From a virus (Duplodnaviria > Caudoviricetes): a DNA stretch of 52,703 bases. Location: positions 1 through 52,703 of IMG/VR virus record IMGVR_UViG_3300027515_000001; one strand, written 5' to 3'. Made by a program: the position numbers and the translations under genes. This document shows positions 17,783 to 28,647 of the stretch, in pieces (position 1 is the first letter of the stretch; the number at the start of each line of letters is the position of its first letter). Below the pieces are notes generated by a model that was not told the DNA's origin, ran no database searches, and saw nothing but the letters and a program-made list of their open reading frames with translations.

Positions 17783-20478
17783 GCACTATTCAAGCCGCAA
17801 CCTTATCCGTTGACATCACCGTCGATGTCGCCGAAGCGGTCAAACGCCTGCGTGAAATGGAGCAGATCGGCAAACAGTCGGCGCAGGCGTTGCAATCGTC
17901 GCTGTCCTCCTCATTTCAGAATGTTGCATCGTCAACTAACCAAGCGTCATCGCAAGTGGCGCAATCGTTGCGTCGGCAACAAGATGAGATGATCAAGACG
18001 GCGCAAGCGGAGGCGCGGCTTGCGGCGGCGTCGCGGGATTATGCTGGCGCAGCTCGGATTTTGCAGCAAGCACTGTCCGGCGTGACCGAACGAACGCGGC
18101 AAGTGATTTCGGCTGATGCGCAACTTGTGCGCATGCAACAGTATGCGGCGAAAGAGACCGAGAGCTTGTCGCGTGGCATGCGGTTGCTTACGTCAACTGC
18201 CAGCGTGCTGCAAAATACCCTCGGCGCGTTAGGGATCGGGCTAGGATTACAAGCAGCGGCGCAAGGCGCGCAACAAATGATGTCGCTCGCGAACAGCGTC
18301 GAGCAGGCGGAAGCGTCATTACGCGCCGTGTCAAAAACTACGCAAATTGCTGATCAGGCGCTGGCGTTAGCGACGCGCAATCAAGCAATGTTTGGCGGCA
18401 CGTTGGCAGAAAATATCAACGTGATGCAAAACTTTGTCATGCTGTCGCAACGCACCGGCGCGTCATTGCAAGATTTGCTGAAAACGGCGCAATTATTATC
18501 GGTCGTCAATCCCGCCGAAGGTCTCGCTGGCGCGTCATTCTCGCTCTCCGAATTGCTCGCTGGCGATATTACATCAATTGTTGAGCGATTTAATCTGCCG
18601 CGTCAAGCTATCCGTCAATTGTTACAAGAAGCACAAAACGGCGGTGATATTTTGGCCGGTGTGCAACGATTGCTTGCCGAACAAGGCGTGACGGCGGAGA
18701 CGTTGAGCGAGCGACTTAACACGACTGCGCAGACGTATGTCGCATACGGCGCTGCGGTCGAGCAAGCGCAACTCAAAATTGGATCGTTTCTGTCGGAAGC
18801 CTTAGCCCCTGCAACCGTCGCGTTGACTGAATTGCTTAATCGTTTCAGCGGCGCGCCGACGATGATCGATCAAGTCGCGCAACAAATCGCGACATCTGCG
18901 ACAACGTATCAGGAATATGTCGCGGCGATGCAGCAAGCGAATGCGGCGATCACGCAATATAATTCGAGCGGATTTGTCCTCGCTGCTCAGTTGCTTCCAC
19001 AACTAACCGAAGCGCAATACACGTATCTGCAAGCGTTGTTGGCGCAAGGAACCGCGTTTGATGAAGCTATTGCGAAAGCGCAACAATTCGGCGTGCAACT
19101 ACAGATCGACGAGAATGGAATTGTCACGTATACCGAAAGCGCCAATGCGCTGACGGATGCAAAACAATATTTAGCTGAAGTCACCTCGCACCTTGCGATT
19201 GCGGAAGACGCACAAACGTTCGCGCAAGCGGAAGCGGAACGGACGGCGCGGTTGCAGGCAGAAACCATGTCTGATCTTGCGGCGGAAAAGATCAAAGCAA
19301 AGGTGGAAAGTGAAAGATTGAAATATGCACAAGAGCAGCTTGAACAAGCGATCAAAAGTGCCGCAGCCGCAAGCGGCGATGTGTCCGCAGTGGTGCAAAC
19401 AATTGTCGCGCAGTATGGGTTAGAAGAAAAAACGGTCTACAGTCTTATCGATGCGTACCGGCAGTTGGAAGCAGCGCGGGCACGAGCGGAACGGCAGCAA
19501 ACTATCAATTCGGCCCGTACCGCAATGATCGACGAACGCAAAGCAGAACGCGAACGGTTGTACGCCCAACGGGAATTAGAGCGGCAAAAAGAGGAGGAGG
19601 CGCAACGTGCAGCAAAGCGACGCGGCGGCGGGGGCGGTGGTCGAGCGTCACGATCACCAAACGTTGAGCAAGTCAGGCAAGAACAGAAAGAATTAGAGCG
19701 CGTCCAGCAGCGAATTATCCAACAGACCGAACGGTACGAAGCGCGACTATTGCAAATTCAACAAGATTACGCGCAACGAGCGCAAACTGCGTTGCTTTCA
19801 TTTGCGGATGCGCAGGTGGAAGGACGGGCGCAGTTCTATGATCGATTAGGTCAAATTCAAGATCAAAATCTCCGGCAGCAATTAAGCGTGCAATACGAAG
19901 CTGCAATGCAAGAAGCCGCAAGTATTGCCGCATCGCTTGGCGGTGATGTTGCTGAAAAATATTTACAAGAACAAACGCGGATCATTTTGGCGCAGGCGGA
20001 ACGGCAGAAAAAGATAGCGGAAGCGGAGGCGGAAGGAAAAACGGATGAAGCGGCATATTTACGTGGTGTTGATGAGTTATATCGTCAAGCAGAACAACGT
20101 AAATTAGAACAAATTAAAAGCGGGCAAGGATCGATCACCGAACAACAACGAATTGCGCTGCAAGAACTAGAGCAGCAATATCAAGAGAACACAACATCTA
20201 TTCTGTCAAAAGAAGATCAGAAACGACAAGCGATTTTACAAACCAATGAAGCGTTACGTGAACAAGCGCGATTGGTGGGTGCGACGGGTGCGGGAATTGG
20301 CGCGATGATTTCGGTGTTGCCTTCTGTAAATACGACACCATCCGTGCTGGCGCAACCATCGTCATCACAATTATTTGACATGTCAGTCTCTGTCGCGGTC
20401 ACAAAACTCGAACAAGCGTTACGCGATGTGCAAGCAGCGGTTGAGCGTCTGCGATTGACATCGCCGGTGACTGTATAA
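17779..20478 (+). CDS. Tape measure protein
   Basis: 899 aa, A/Q/E-rich and helical; N-terminal ATLSVDITVD; position. Confidence 0.9.
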   Translation: MSTIQAATLSVDITVDVAEAVKRLREMEQIGKQSAQALQSSLSSSFQNVASSTNQASSQVAQSLRRQQDEMIKTAQAEARLAAASRDYAGAARILQQALSGVTERTRQVISADAQLVRMQQYAAKETESLSRGMRLLTSTASVLQNTLGALGIGLGLQAAAQGAQQMMSLANSVEQAEASLRAVSKTTQIADQALALATRNQAMFGGTLAENINVMQNFVMLSQRTGASLQDLLKTAQLLSVVNPAEGLAGASFSLSELLAGDITSIVERFNLPRQAIRQLLQEAQNGGDILAGVQRLLAEQGVTAETLSERLNTTAQTYVAYGAAVEQAQLKIGSFLSEALAPATVALTELLNRFSGAPTMIDQVAQQIATSATTYQEYVAAMQQANAAITQYNSSGFVLAAQLLPQLTEAQYTYLQALLAQGTAFDEAIAKAQQFGVQLQIDENGIVTYTESANALTDAKQYLAEVTSHLAIAEDAQTFAQAEAERTARLQAETMSDLAAEKIKAKVESERLKYAQEQLEQAIKSAAAASGDVSAVVQTIVAQYGLEEKTVYSLIDAYRQLEAARARAERQQTINSARTAMIDERKAERERLYAQRELERQKEEEAQRAAKRRGGGGGGRASRSPNVEQVRQEQKELERVQQRIIQQTERYEARLLQIQQDYAQRAQTALLSFADAQVEGRAQFYDRLGQIQDQNLRQQLSVQYEAAMQEAASIAASLGGDVAEKYLQEQTRIILAQAERQKKIAEAEAEGKTDEAAYLRGVDELYRQAEQRKLEQIKSGQGSITEQQRIALQELEQQYQENTTSILSKEDQKRQAILQTNEALREQARLVGATGAGIGAMISVLPSVNTTPSVLAQPSSSQLFDMSVSVAVTKLEQALRDVQAAVERLRLTSPVTV

Positions 20479-20808
20479 TTATGTCGAGTACGTGTAAAGT
20501 TTTTTTCGAACGTTCAGATTATGTTACACTCGGTTTATCTCATTCTGATGCGGAAAAATGACGACGTTGCACAAGCGGCTATGAGCGGTTGCAGATGCGC
20601 GGTCTGATGATACGTTGCGCAAAATGGTGTAAAGCATTTCTGAGCCGTTCTGTGAAGTCGTTATTTTATCGCATCAGGATGCGCTTTATCGGTATCGGTT
20701 TACACGAGATCGCGCAAGATCAGCCAAAACGCTTGACAAACGTTTGTTCAAGATCGCAAAAAATCGCGTAATTTGACATAAAAACGCTGTTTTTCGGGGG
20801 TGTTTGCG

Positions 20809-21156
20809 ATGGGTCGAGCGAATATTGTCAGTAATGGTTTTACACTATATCCAGTGACAACCTCGATTCGCCATGATCGCGAACTCGTGGTCGAAGACGA
20901 ACGGATGGCGTCGGGGATGTTGCGCCGTGTTTTTCGCGGCGTGAAAGAGATCATCTCGTATGAACACGATGATCTTTCCGAAGCTGATCTGACAACGTGG
21001 CTGAATGCTCATCCGGCAAATACAAGTTACACACATACTGATGAACTGAATGTGACACGAACTGTCGTGACGGATCGGATCGAGTACGCAGTAGACCGAA
21101 GTGTGTCAACGACCGAACGAAGATACGTGATTTCTGTTACAGTCAAAGAGGTTTGA
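20809..21156 (+). CDS. Distal-tail-like protein
   Basis: First gene after the tape measure; ERMASGMLRR pattern. Confidence 0.55.
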   Translation: MGRANIVSNGFTLYPVTTSIRHDRELVVEDERMASGMLRRVFRGVKEIISYEHDDLSEADLTTWLNAHPANTSYTHTDELNVTRTVVTDRIEYAVDRSVSTTERRYVISVTVKEV

Positions 21157-21159
21157 TTT

Positions 21160-22668
21160 ATGGCAGCGCCAACGCGAGCGCAATTAGAAGCGGATGTGCT
21201 ACAACCGACCATCACAGTTGAATGGTGGAATGGTTCGGCGTGGGTTGACGTGTCGCAACATGTTGTCAGAACACGTGTTCAATCGCAACTGCCGAAAGCG
21301 CTCGATCTTGGCGCGGGGGCGATACCGACAGCGGCGATCACGTTATCTGGCGCAACATTGTCAACAATTCCCGCGTTCGCTCCGGTACGTATTTCGTATG
21401 GATTAGTTTCAACGACAACTATTCGGCGATTTGTCGGGTATGTGACATCGATTTCGCGAATTGCGCCGTCGCCGTCGGCGGTCGCGTGGAATTGTCAGGG
21501 CGTGGCGGCGGCAATCGCCGCGCAGACGATCCGCATTCCAGTGCGGCGCAACCGCCCGCCGCACACGCAAACGACAAGCACGAGTATCGAAGACCCGAAC
21601 AACAGTTCGTATAGCGCGGGGATGATTAATGAAGTATTGTGGCGCGCTGGTGGAAGACCGCTACAACAACGAGCTGCCTACCCAACCGCGCCATGGTACT
21701 ACGATTGCACATCTTCGTTATTGACGCCCGAATGGTCATGGCTCGACGGCGAAAATGCGTGGGATGACATCGCTCGTTTATGTCGAGCAGTTGGTTCGAT
21801 CATCTATCAGGATGAAGGCGGCGTTGTTCGGGTGCGGTCGGTGGTGCATGCGACATCAGGATCAGCAGTCTATGGGTGGACGGATCAGGCGTTGACGGCG
21901 GCGCAGCGGATTGCGCAAAATCGCGGGTTGTATCAAACGATTGAAGAACGGCGTTCGTGGGAAGATGTACCGTCGGTAATCACGGTGCGATACGTTCGGC
22001 GCGGGGTATCAGGCGTAGTTGAGTGTTACAACGACACCACGGCGCGGTATCTTTTACCTAATCAATCTTTGCAATTGCAATTAGACTCGACCGAGCCGAT
22101 CTTAAACCTAAAGCGCATCGAAATTGACGCGGCGTCAACAGTATCGGGCACGGCGGTTTCGATCCAGCAGTCGGGGGTACAGGCGGTTGCGCATACTATT
22201 ACGTTAACTGCGACTAATCCAAGCAACGAGCCTGCGATCATTACCGCGATCCGAGCGTATGGAACAGTTGTTCTAGCGATTGAGGAGGGAACCGTGAGCG
22301 CGGCGCGAACGCCGACGACGATCACCAGTCGCGAACTGCGAACGGAAGATAACCCGTATGTACAAAATGAGTTGCATGCACGTGGACTAGCTCGACTGTT
22401 GAACGATCTCTACGGCGTTGCTCGGCCATCGGTTACGTTGCGGCGATGCGCGTCCGATGTGGATCGCACGGTTGGGCAAATTGTTAGTGTTACGTCAAGC
22501 GCACTGGGATACACTGATGAACGGTGCGTGATCGAGTATATCGCAAACGATGCCAATTCGTGGATGGATGTTTCAGTAACGCCGCTGTCGGGTCTGCCGC
22601 AGATTTCTGATCTTTTTGTTGTTGGCCAGATTGTTTCAAACACAACTACTCGCACATTGGGGTATTGA
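21160..22668 (+). CDS. Tail hub/tail-tip protein
   Basis: 502 aa; WVDVSQHV, IYQDEGGVVR, DNPYVQ typical of siphophage minor tail proteins. Confidence 0.7.
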   Translation: MAAPTRAQLEADVLQPTITVEWWNGSAWVDVSQHVVRTRVQSQLPKALDLGAGAIPTAAITLSGATLSTIPAFAPVRISYGLVSTTTIRRFVGYVTSISRIAPSPSAVAWNCQGVAAAIAAQTIRIPVRRNRPPHTQTTSTSIEDPNNSSYSAGMINEVLWRAGGRPLQQRAAYPTAPWYYDCTSSLLTPEWSWLDGENAWDDIARLCRAVGSIIYQDEGGVVRVRSVVHATSGSAVYGWTDQALTAAQRIAQNRGLYQTIEERRSWEDVPSVITVRYVRRGVSGVVECYNDTTARYLLPNQSLQLQLDSTEPILNLKRIEIDAASTVSGTAVSIQQSGVQAVAHTITLTATNPSNEPAIITAIRAYGTVVLAIEEGTVSAARTPTTITSRELRTEDNPYVQNELHARGLARLLNDLYGVARPSVTLRRCASDVDRTVGQIVSVTSSALGYTDERCVIEYIANDANSWMDVSVTPLSGLPQISDLFVVGQIVSNTTTRTLGY

Positions 22669-22669
22669 T

Positions 22670-24106
22670 ATGGCAGGTATTCTTGGCGGATTGTCGTTTC
22701 CATCGTGGCGCACCGGCGAGCCAGTGAGCGCGCATAAAGCCGAGTTGTTGCGTCAAGCTGTTTTGCGGCTTGACGCGGTGCAACGCATGCCGCTTTCGGT
22801 GTTTTGCTCGCATGTCTCGTTTTGGCCGTGGTCATTCCAACGCAATCCGGTGCTGATTTGGCGCGGGGCGGTCACATGGCGATCATCGGCGACAACAATC
22901 ACTATTGCGGTCGTTTGGACAGGTTCGGTGCTGTCGGGTGATCGGGTGCGCGTGCGGGTTGACAATACTACGACCGATTTTACACCGGTTGAGGGGCTTA
23001 ACACGTTTACAATTTCCGGCAACTATCCCGATCTTACCGTTGTACCGATTGACATAACGCTGACAAGCACATCACGCGGGCCGGGCGGGTATCCGAACCC
23101 GTCGCCAAATTGGCCCGATGTGTTTGTGCAAGAGGTATCGATCTCGCCGATTGCTCCGCAATGGTCGTACCCGTCCGTGAACACGTTTGGCGATGTAACG
23201 GAGACGCGGTTAAACAATTTGACTAATCAACTACTTTGGCTCACGCAGGCTTACGGGATGCACATTCGACCAGTCAACCCGTACCTGCACCGTGAGCAAG
23301 GCAATTTAACAAACAGAATTGACCGTATTCGCTGGATTGGATCATTTGTTCGCCCATCGACGCATACGCAATTGCGCGTGCGCGGGCATGTGGTCGTGAC
23401 GCAAGGAGGACAGACTGAAAGTATTGATGTGTTGGTTAACAATAACCAGATCGCAACATGGCCAATCCCGACAACCATAGGCGTACATTCGTTTGAGATC
23501 GTCGGATCGATTACGGCGGTGGCGGCGAATAATCGCGGCATTGTTGACATTCGTCAAACCAAAACTGCACCGGCAAATACGGTCAGCCCTAATTTTGTCA
23601 CGATTACGGATGTATCCATGATCGCGCCGGTTATCCCGCCGCCGTCGTTGCCGGTATGGTTGCCACGACAATCAATGACATACGCGACGCTAAAATCACA
23701 GTTTGAAGCGTTGCGCACAGCAACTGCAAACATTCGTTTGGCTTATACGAACACAACGTCCTATTGGCGACGACAGTACGCCAGCCCAGCGCGGACGGCA
23801 AAAGATGAGTTTATTTTTGATTATGTTGAGCCGGTACAGCCGCATTCGGCGTTTCGCGTTGGAGAAGCGATCATTGTGTATGGCGAGCAAGCGCAGTTGG
23901 TGCGCGGGGCGTTGGAGTACGAGCCGAAAGACGGAAATAATCCGATCCAATGGCGCGGTTCGGTCGAAACATCGTTGCTTTCCGGCAGTTCCGCGCAAAG
24001 CGCAATTTTATATTTTGACACTTTGAAGGCGACGCCGATCGGATCGCTCTATTTTGTGCGCGGAAAACGATTATATTATGTCGCTGAATGGCTAGGAGCA
24101 TTATAA
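22670..24106 (+). CDS. Minor tail protein
   Basis: About 478 aa, beta-rich, within the tail operon. Confidence 0.65.
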   Translation: MAGILGGLSFPSWRTGEPVSAHKAELLRQAVLRLDAVQRMPLSVFCSHVSFWPWSFQRNPVLIWRGAVTWRSSATTITIAVVWTGSVLSGDRVRVRVDNTTTDFTPVEGLNTFTISGNYPDLTVVPIDITLTSTSRGPGGYPNPSPNWPDVFVQEVSISPIAPQWSYPSVNTFGDVTETRLNNLTNQLLWLTQAYGMHIRPVNPYLHREQGNLTNRIDRIRWIGSFVRPSTHTQLRVRGHVVVTQGGQTESIDVLVNNNQIATWPIPTTIGVHSFEIVGSITAVAANNRGIVDIRQTKTAPANTVSPNFVTITDVSMIAPVIPPPSLPVWLPRQSMTYATLKSQFEALRTATANIRLAYTNTTSYWRRQYASPARTAKDEFIFDYVEPVQPHSAFRVGEAIIVYGEQAQLVRGALEYEPKDGNNPIQWRGSVETSLLSGSSAQSAILYFDTLKATPIGSLYFVRGKRLYYVAEWLGAL

Positions 24107-24107
24107 T

Positions 24108-27100
24108 ATGCCAGCGAAAAATACGCCAATTCGCAGAATTGATCGGCAAAACCAACAAGAAGACCCGCGTCAAGCGTCACTATTAGGCGCGGGAAATCAA
24201 CTTTTTTCAACCCAACTAACATCGGTAGTTGAGGTTCCGATTAATTTGACCGCTGGCGCTACGTATATTGTTTATTCGCATTTGACGCCAACGGCGGCGC
24301 AAGAACTGAGTTGGCGAAATGCAGATAGTCGCACGCCCGAAACATATCTCGTGCAATGGTCAACGCAAAGCAATTTTGCTAACGCGGTCACCGTTGCCAC
24401 TCCAACACCATCGATAACGATTGACGGGCTGCCGACTGGAACGACGATCTATTATCGCGTTGCAGCGCGGATCGCTGGGCAACAGTCTGAGTGGTCGGCG
24501 TCGATCTCTGCGATCACGGCGACGGATACTACACCGCCTGCTGCTGTCTCAAATGCGCAAGGGCAATGGTCGGGTAAAACCGGCGACTTGACGATAACAT
24601 GGACGCCACCGGCATCACCAAACTACAAAGATACACGAATTATTATTCGCGCTTCGCCGAGCGGGCCGGTGTTGCGCGAAGCCTACGCCGTTGCGGGGCG
24701 GTATGTGTGGACGCGAGCGCAACAGGCGGCGGATACCGGCGGATCGTATGACAGCAATGTCATAGTTGAGCTGACAACAAAAAATACGTCAAATATTTTC
24801 GGATCAACAGTTTCGATCAACCCCGTTCTTTCCGCGCCTTCAACGCCTACTGGTCTTTCCGTATCGTGGAATGGCGGGGTTTGCACGATCACGTGGAATA
24901 CCGCGGATGTCGATTACTATCGTCTCACGGTAGATAGTGTCACGCGCAACATTGGATATACCAATAGTTACGTGTACACGTTAGAGCAGAACGCAATCGA
25001 TCACGGCGGCACGCCGTCGCCGACGCTTTCGATCAGTCTGCTCGCGGTTGATGCTCTGAACCAACAATCCGGTGCAGCGACGATCAACACCACTGCACCG
25101 TTGCCAGCGCAACCATCTGGGTTGACAACAAGTTGGGCGTCGGACAACGGAACGGCAGAGGCTGATTGCGTGATCTCGTGGACGCGGGTTTCTGGCGTTA
25201 CATATCGATTGACGGTTGATAGTGTTGCGCGTAACGTTGGGCAAGTTGATCGATTTGTCTATAGTTTCGCACAGAACCAACAGGAGCATGGCGGGAATGC
25301 GGCAGCGTCGTTAGCGATTTCGTTGGTTGCGGTTGATCCGTTTAATCGTTTAAGCACGGCGGCGGCGACGACTGCAACCAACACTGCGCCGCCAGCGTTG
25401 ACCGCGCCGAGCGTGCAAGGATTTTTTTCGTCATGCCGGTTCTCGTGGTCGCCAAGCACAGCGCGGGATTTGTTGTGCTACGAACTAGATGTTCGTGTCA
25501 ACAGCGTCAGCGTTGGCGTGTTTTCGCTTGCTGATACGACGTATACATTCGAGACATCACAAAGCGGATCAATCGATGCGCGGGTGCGGGCGGTGGATCG
25601 GTTCGGACAAGCCGGCGCGTGGTCAAGTTATAGCATAAGTGTTTCACTCATCAACGCTTCGCAATTCGTGCAGGATTTGCGACAAGGTGTGACCTACCGT
25701 GATAGTGTCAACTCGTCGCAATCGGCGCTTGCGGCGTTGAAAGATAGCAATTTGACAAGCGGCGGAATTACGTATGCGTCATCGACCACGTGGCAATGGA
25801 TCGAGGCGGATCATAATCGTGAAATTCGTCATCAAACCACAACGTTAGCAACAAGCGCATCTGTTTCAATCTATCTCGGCACGTCGCTCGACGGGTCAAC
25901 GTGGACGTGGTATCACGGCGGATCGGTGAGCGCCGGGGTGTGGGTGCCAGCGTCGTCAACAACAAGCGAGACGATGGCGCAAAGTGGCGCAGTTTCGGTG
26001 AGTGGAATTGTAAAAATTAGACTTTCTGCGCCGGTACAATGTCGATTTGTGCGGTTAGGGATGCGTAATACATCCGCGAGTTACACCATTTGCGAGTTTT
26101 ATCCGCGTTCGCTCGTGCAATCTGATGATATTGCCGGTGAAACGTTAAGCGCGATTTCGGCAAATTTAGGAACGATCACTGCAGGGTCAATTAGCAGCGT
26201 ATCAATTGATGCAGCAACTATTACGGGGTCTCTAATTCAAACGAATACATCAAATCCGCGCATTGTTTTTGATAATACGTCATTTAGACTTATTAATAGT
26301 TCTAATGTGGATGTTGTTAATTTTTCGACGATAACACAATCAGTAGAGTTTAAAGGGAGCGATGTTAATCTAATTATTGGTGGGGACGGTGCATATTTTT
26401 ATTTTCCTTCTGATTACACATGGCTGGATATTGATAGTTCTCAGGTAACAGCAGGAAAATCGACAATTCCAGCAGTTTCTATTTTAGCAAGAATGATGCC
26501 TCCTGACCCGGTGCGAGATTTTTTAATCGGAGCCTCTACGTTAACAATTGCAGGTCCCGGAGATTTTGGTCATATTTTGTTCAAAGTTGCGGATACAGCA
26601 GACCACTTAATCTATTTTTATGCAACAAAGTTCTTTTTTGGCCATCCAAAACTATCGAACAATATTACACTACCGCCACTAGCTACAGACACAGAAGTTT
26701 CGTTTTACGCGCAAGGCACTAAAACCGTTTCGTTCTCTTTCGGCCAATCAAATAATAACTATCTTTTAGGTACTATTTTTCGCAGGTTTGAGTTTTTTCT
26801 CGACGGAAATAGCAACGTAACTTTTCGCTCCTATGACAATACAAATAATGTTTTGCAAGACCTTCTTTCGTTTGAACGATTAGGAAGGGGAATTACTTTC
26901 GGCGGGCTGTCATCACGATTTCTTACCGTTTTTCCTCACGTTTCGATAATACAACTTCATGAAAATCCTGTTATTTCGTCATTTGACAACCGATATACTG
27001 CGCTTAATTTTGGCGGGCCGGCGGGTCAATATCGTGATTTCGCGTTCGGTACTACGAATACAAATGCTAATTCCCCAACATTCTCGCCTCGCTGGGTTAT

Positions 27101-27665
27101 TCGATTGACGGCAGATGTAGAAACCGGAAATGCAGCGGGAAGTAATTTTGGTATCGAGTCTCGTAATGACGATGGTTCAGGTCGGCATACTATTTTTTAC
27201 GCTACACGCTCATCCGGTCATGTCGGGTTCGGCAGTATTCCTAACGTACCCGGTGGCGCGGTGGGATCGATTGATGTCTGTGGCGATGTGCGCGTGCGTG
27301 GGGTCATCAGGCAAAAAGTTAACTGGACAACCTTTTCACTTGCAAGCAATTGGTTGGATATGCGTTCTACTACTGGCGACCCAGCAGTGGCGTATCGAAT
27401 ATACGCCGATAATACCGTTGAACTGCGCGGCATGGTGCGGATGGTTTCGGGGACAAGCTTGTTGATTGGAATATTGCCGACCGCTGCGCGTCCTACGTCA
27501 ATGCGCCGCGTCGCAACTGCTGCGTGGATAACCGTTACACCGAGGCTGGTAATTTTTGGGGCGGCACTTTATATCTTGCCAAACGGAGAAGTGCATTATA
27601 ACGGCCCGTCACTTACGCTTAACAACAATTATGTGCTGTTATATTGTCGCTATAGTCTCGACTAA
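24108..27665 (+). CDS. Tail fibre/host-specificity protein with fibronectin type III repeats
   Basis: GLPTGTTIYYRVAA..SEWS, DTTPPAAV, repeated RLTVDSV.RN.G...HGG units, LSAISANLGTITAG, C-terminal ILPTAARP. Confidence 0.85.
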   Translation: MPAKNTPIRRIDRQNQQEDPRQASLLGAGNQLFSTQLTSVVEVPINLTAGATYIVYSHLTPTAAQELSWRNADSRTPETYLVQWSTQSNFANAVTVATPTPSITIDGLPTGTTIYYRVAARIAGQQSEWSASISAITATDTTPPAAVSNAQGQWSGKTGDLTITWTPPASPNYKDTRIIIRASPSGPVLREAYAVAGRYVWTRAQQAADTGGSYDSNVIVELTTKNTSNIFGSTVSINPVLSAPSTPTGLSVSWNGGVCTITWNTADVDYYRLTVDSVTRNIGYTNSYVYTLEQNAIDHGGTPSPTLSISLLAVDALNQQSGAATINTTAPLPAQPSGLTTSWASDNGTAEADCVISWTRVSGVTYRLTVDSVARNVGQVDRFVYSFAQNQQEHGGNAAASLAISLVAVDPFNRLSTAAATTATNTAPPALTAPSVQGFFSSCRFSWSPSTARDLLCYELDVRVNSVSVGVFSLADTTYTFETSQSGSIDARVRAVDRFGQAGAWSSYSISVSLINASQFVQDLRQGVTYRDSVNSSQSALAALKDSNLTSGGITYASSTTWQWIEADHNREIRHQTTTLATSASVSIYLGTSLDGSTWTWYHGGSVSAGVWVPASSTTSETMAQSGAVSVSGIVKIRLSAPVQCRFVRLGMRNTSASYTICEFYPRSLVQSDDIAGETLSAISANLGTITAGSISSVSIDAATITGSLIQTNTSNPRIVFDNTSFRLINSSNVDVVNFSTITQSVEFKGSDVNLIIGGDGAYFYFPSDYTWLDIDSSQVTAGKSTIPAVSILARMMPPDPVRDFLIGASTLTIAGPGDFGHILFKVADTADHLIYFYATKFFFGHPKLSNNITLPPLATDTEVSFYAQGTKTVSFSFGQSNNNYLLGTIFRRFEFFLDGNSNVTFRSYDNTNNVLQDLLSFERLGRGITFGGLSSRFLTVFPHVSIIQLHENPVISSFDNRYTALNFGGPAGQYRDFAFGTTNTNANSPTFSPRWVIRLTADVETGNAAGSNFGIESRNDDGSGRHTIFYATRSSGHVGFGSIPNVPGGAVGSIDVCGDVRVRGVIRQKVNWTTFSLASNWLDMRSTTGDPAVAYRIYADNTVELRGMVRMVSGTSLLIGILPTAARPTSMRRVATAAWITVTPRLVIFGAALYILPNGEVHYNGPSLTLNNNYVLLYCRYSLD

Positions 27666-27684
27666 TTAGTAAAATGAGGGTCGT

Positions 27685-28206
27685 ATGATCACGACACCGA
27701 CAAACCTTGATTATCTCATTTCATTCGTTCGGGTTCGAATGGGTGATATTTCCTCGCCGCCGCAGTATTCCGAACCATTTATTCGCACGGCGTTAGTTAA
27801 TGCAATTTTGTCACTATCGCAAAAATGGACGTGGAGATATTTTATCTATACGTCATCGCTTAATCGCGGCGGCAATTTGGTTGAGACACCAGCGGGAATT
27901 GTTGAACTAACACCGTTGCCGAATGAATACGACATTGTACGTAATCCTGCTGCAACGTTTACCATGTCTCCGCCGCCGGTTGTCGAGCAAAACGATGAAG
28001 CGATTATTGTTCTCGCCGCAACGATTTTACTGAGACGCGCACTTATTGCGTCATCAACCGCCGTTTTCTCGAATTGGTCAACGCCGGATTTTTCGTATAG
28101 CAACGTTGCATCAGCAAAAACGATGCTTGAAGCATTAGCATCAGAACAGCAAGAGTTAGACGACCGGTTGCGCGTCTATGCAACGCCGAAGAAACGAGCG
28201 ATCTGA
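27685..28206 (+). CDS. Putative head-tail connector protein
   Basis: LISFVRVRMGD...YSEPFIRTAL resembles helical head-completion adaptors. Confidence 0.5.
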   Translation: MITTPTNLDYLISFVRVRMGDISSPPQYSEPFIRTALVNAILSLSQKWTWRYFIYTSSLNRGGNLVETPAGIVELTPLPNEYDIVRNPAATFTMSPPPVVEQNDEAIIVLAATILLRRALIASSTAVFSNWSTPDFSYSNVASAKTMLEALASEQQELDDRLRVYATPKKRAI

Positions 28207-28263
28207 CGCAATTGCTTCGAGAGAGCAACTACTGATGTGTGTATAGTTGCGCGCAAAACTTCT

Positions 28264-28293
28264 TTTGGTGGTTTTTCAAAACCGTGCTATACT
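28264..28293 (+). promoter_or_regulatory. Promoter of the replication operon with TTTGGTGGTTTTT box
   Basis: TTTGGTGGTTTTT-11 nt-TATACT; same layout at 51962-51991 (-). Confidence 0.65.
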
Positions 28294-28343
28294 TCGAGCG
28301 TGAAGGTTATGGTCTTGTTGCTTATATGTAACGGAGGCAAGCG

Positions 28344-28628
28344 ATGATACGAGTGGAAGACGACGAGTTGATCGAGTACCGAGTGTCCGGTTGGAAGATG
28401 AAGCAGGATTTTGATTATATGTTAAAGGAACTGCTCACGACGTTGAGCGAGTACGCGCAAGAGAATAACGGCGTGATTACGTGGGAAGAAGCGCGGCAAA
28501 TTGTGTTGGATTACGTGAACAAGCATCGTCGCGACATGTCAACTAAGTATTTGGTAAAGTTGCGCGACGAGCTGGAGCGTAAACTTGCAGTTCGTTCGTA
28601 TTTGAAGGCGAAGCAATCGGCGGGATAG
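28344..28628 (+). CDS. Hypothetical protein
   Basis: 94 aa; GGAGG RBS. Confidence 0.7.
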   Translation: MIRVEDDELIEYRVSGWKMKQDFDYMLKELLTTLSEYAQENNGVITWEEARQIVLDYVNKHRRDMSTKYLVKLRDELERKLAVRSYLKAKQSAG

Positions 28629-28647
28629 CATTGAAAGGAGTAGTCTC

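Noticed and set aside
24108-27665. Diversity-generating retroelement target
   Set aside because: No reverse transcriptase and no template/variable repeat pair seen
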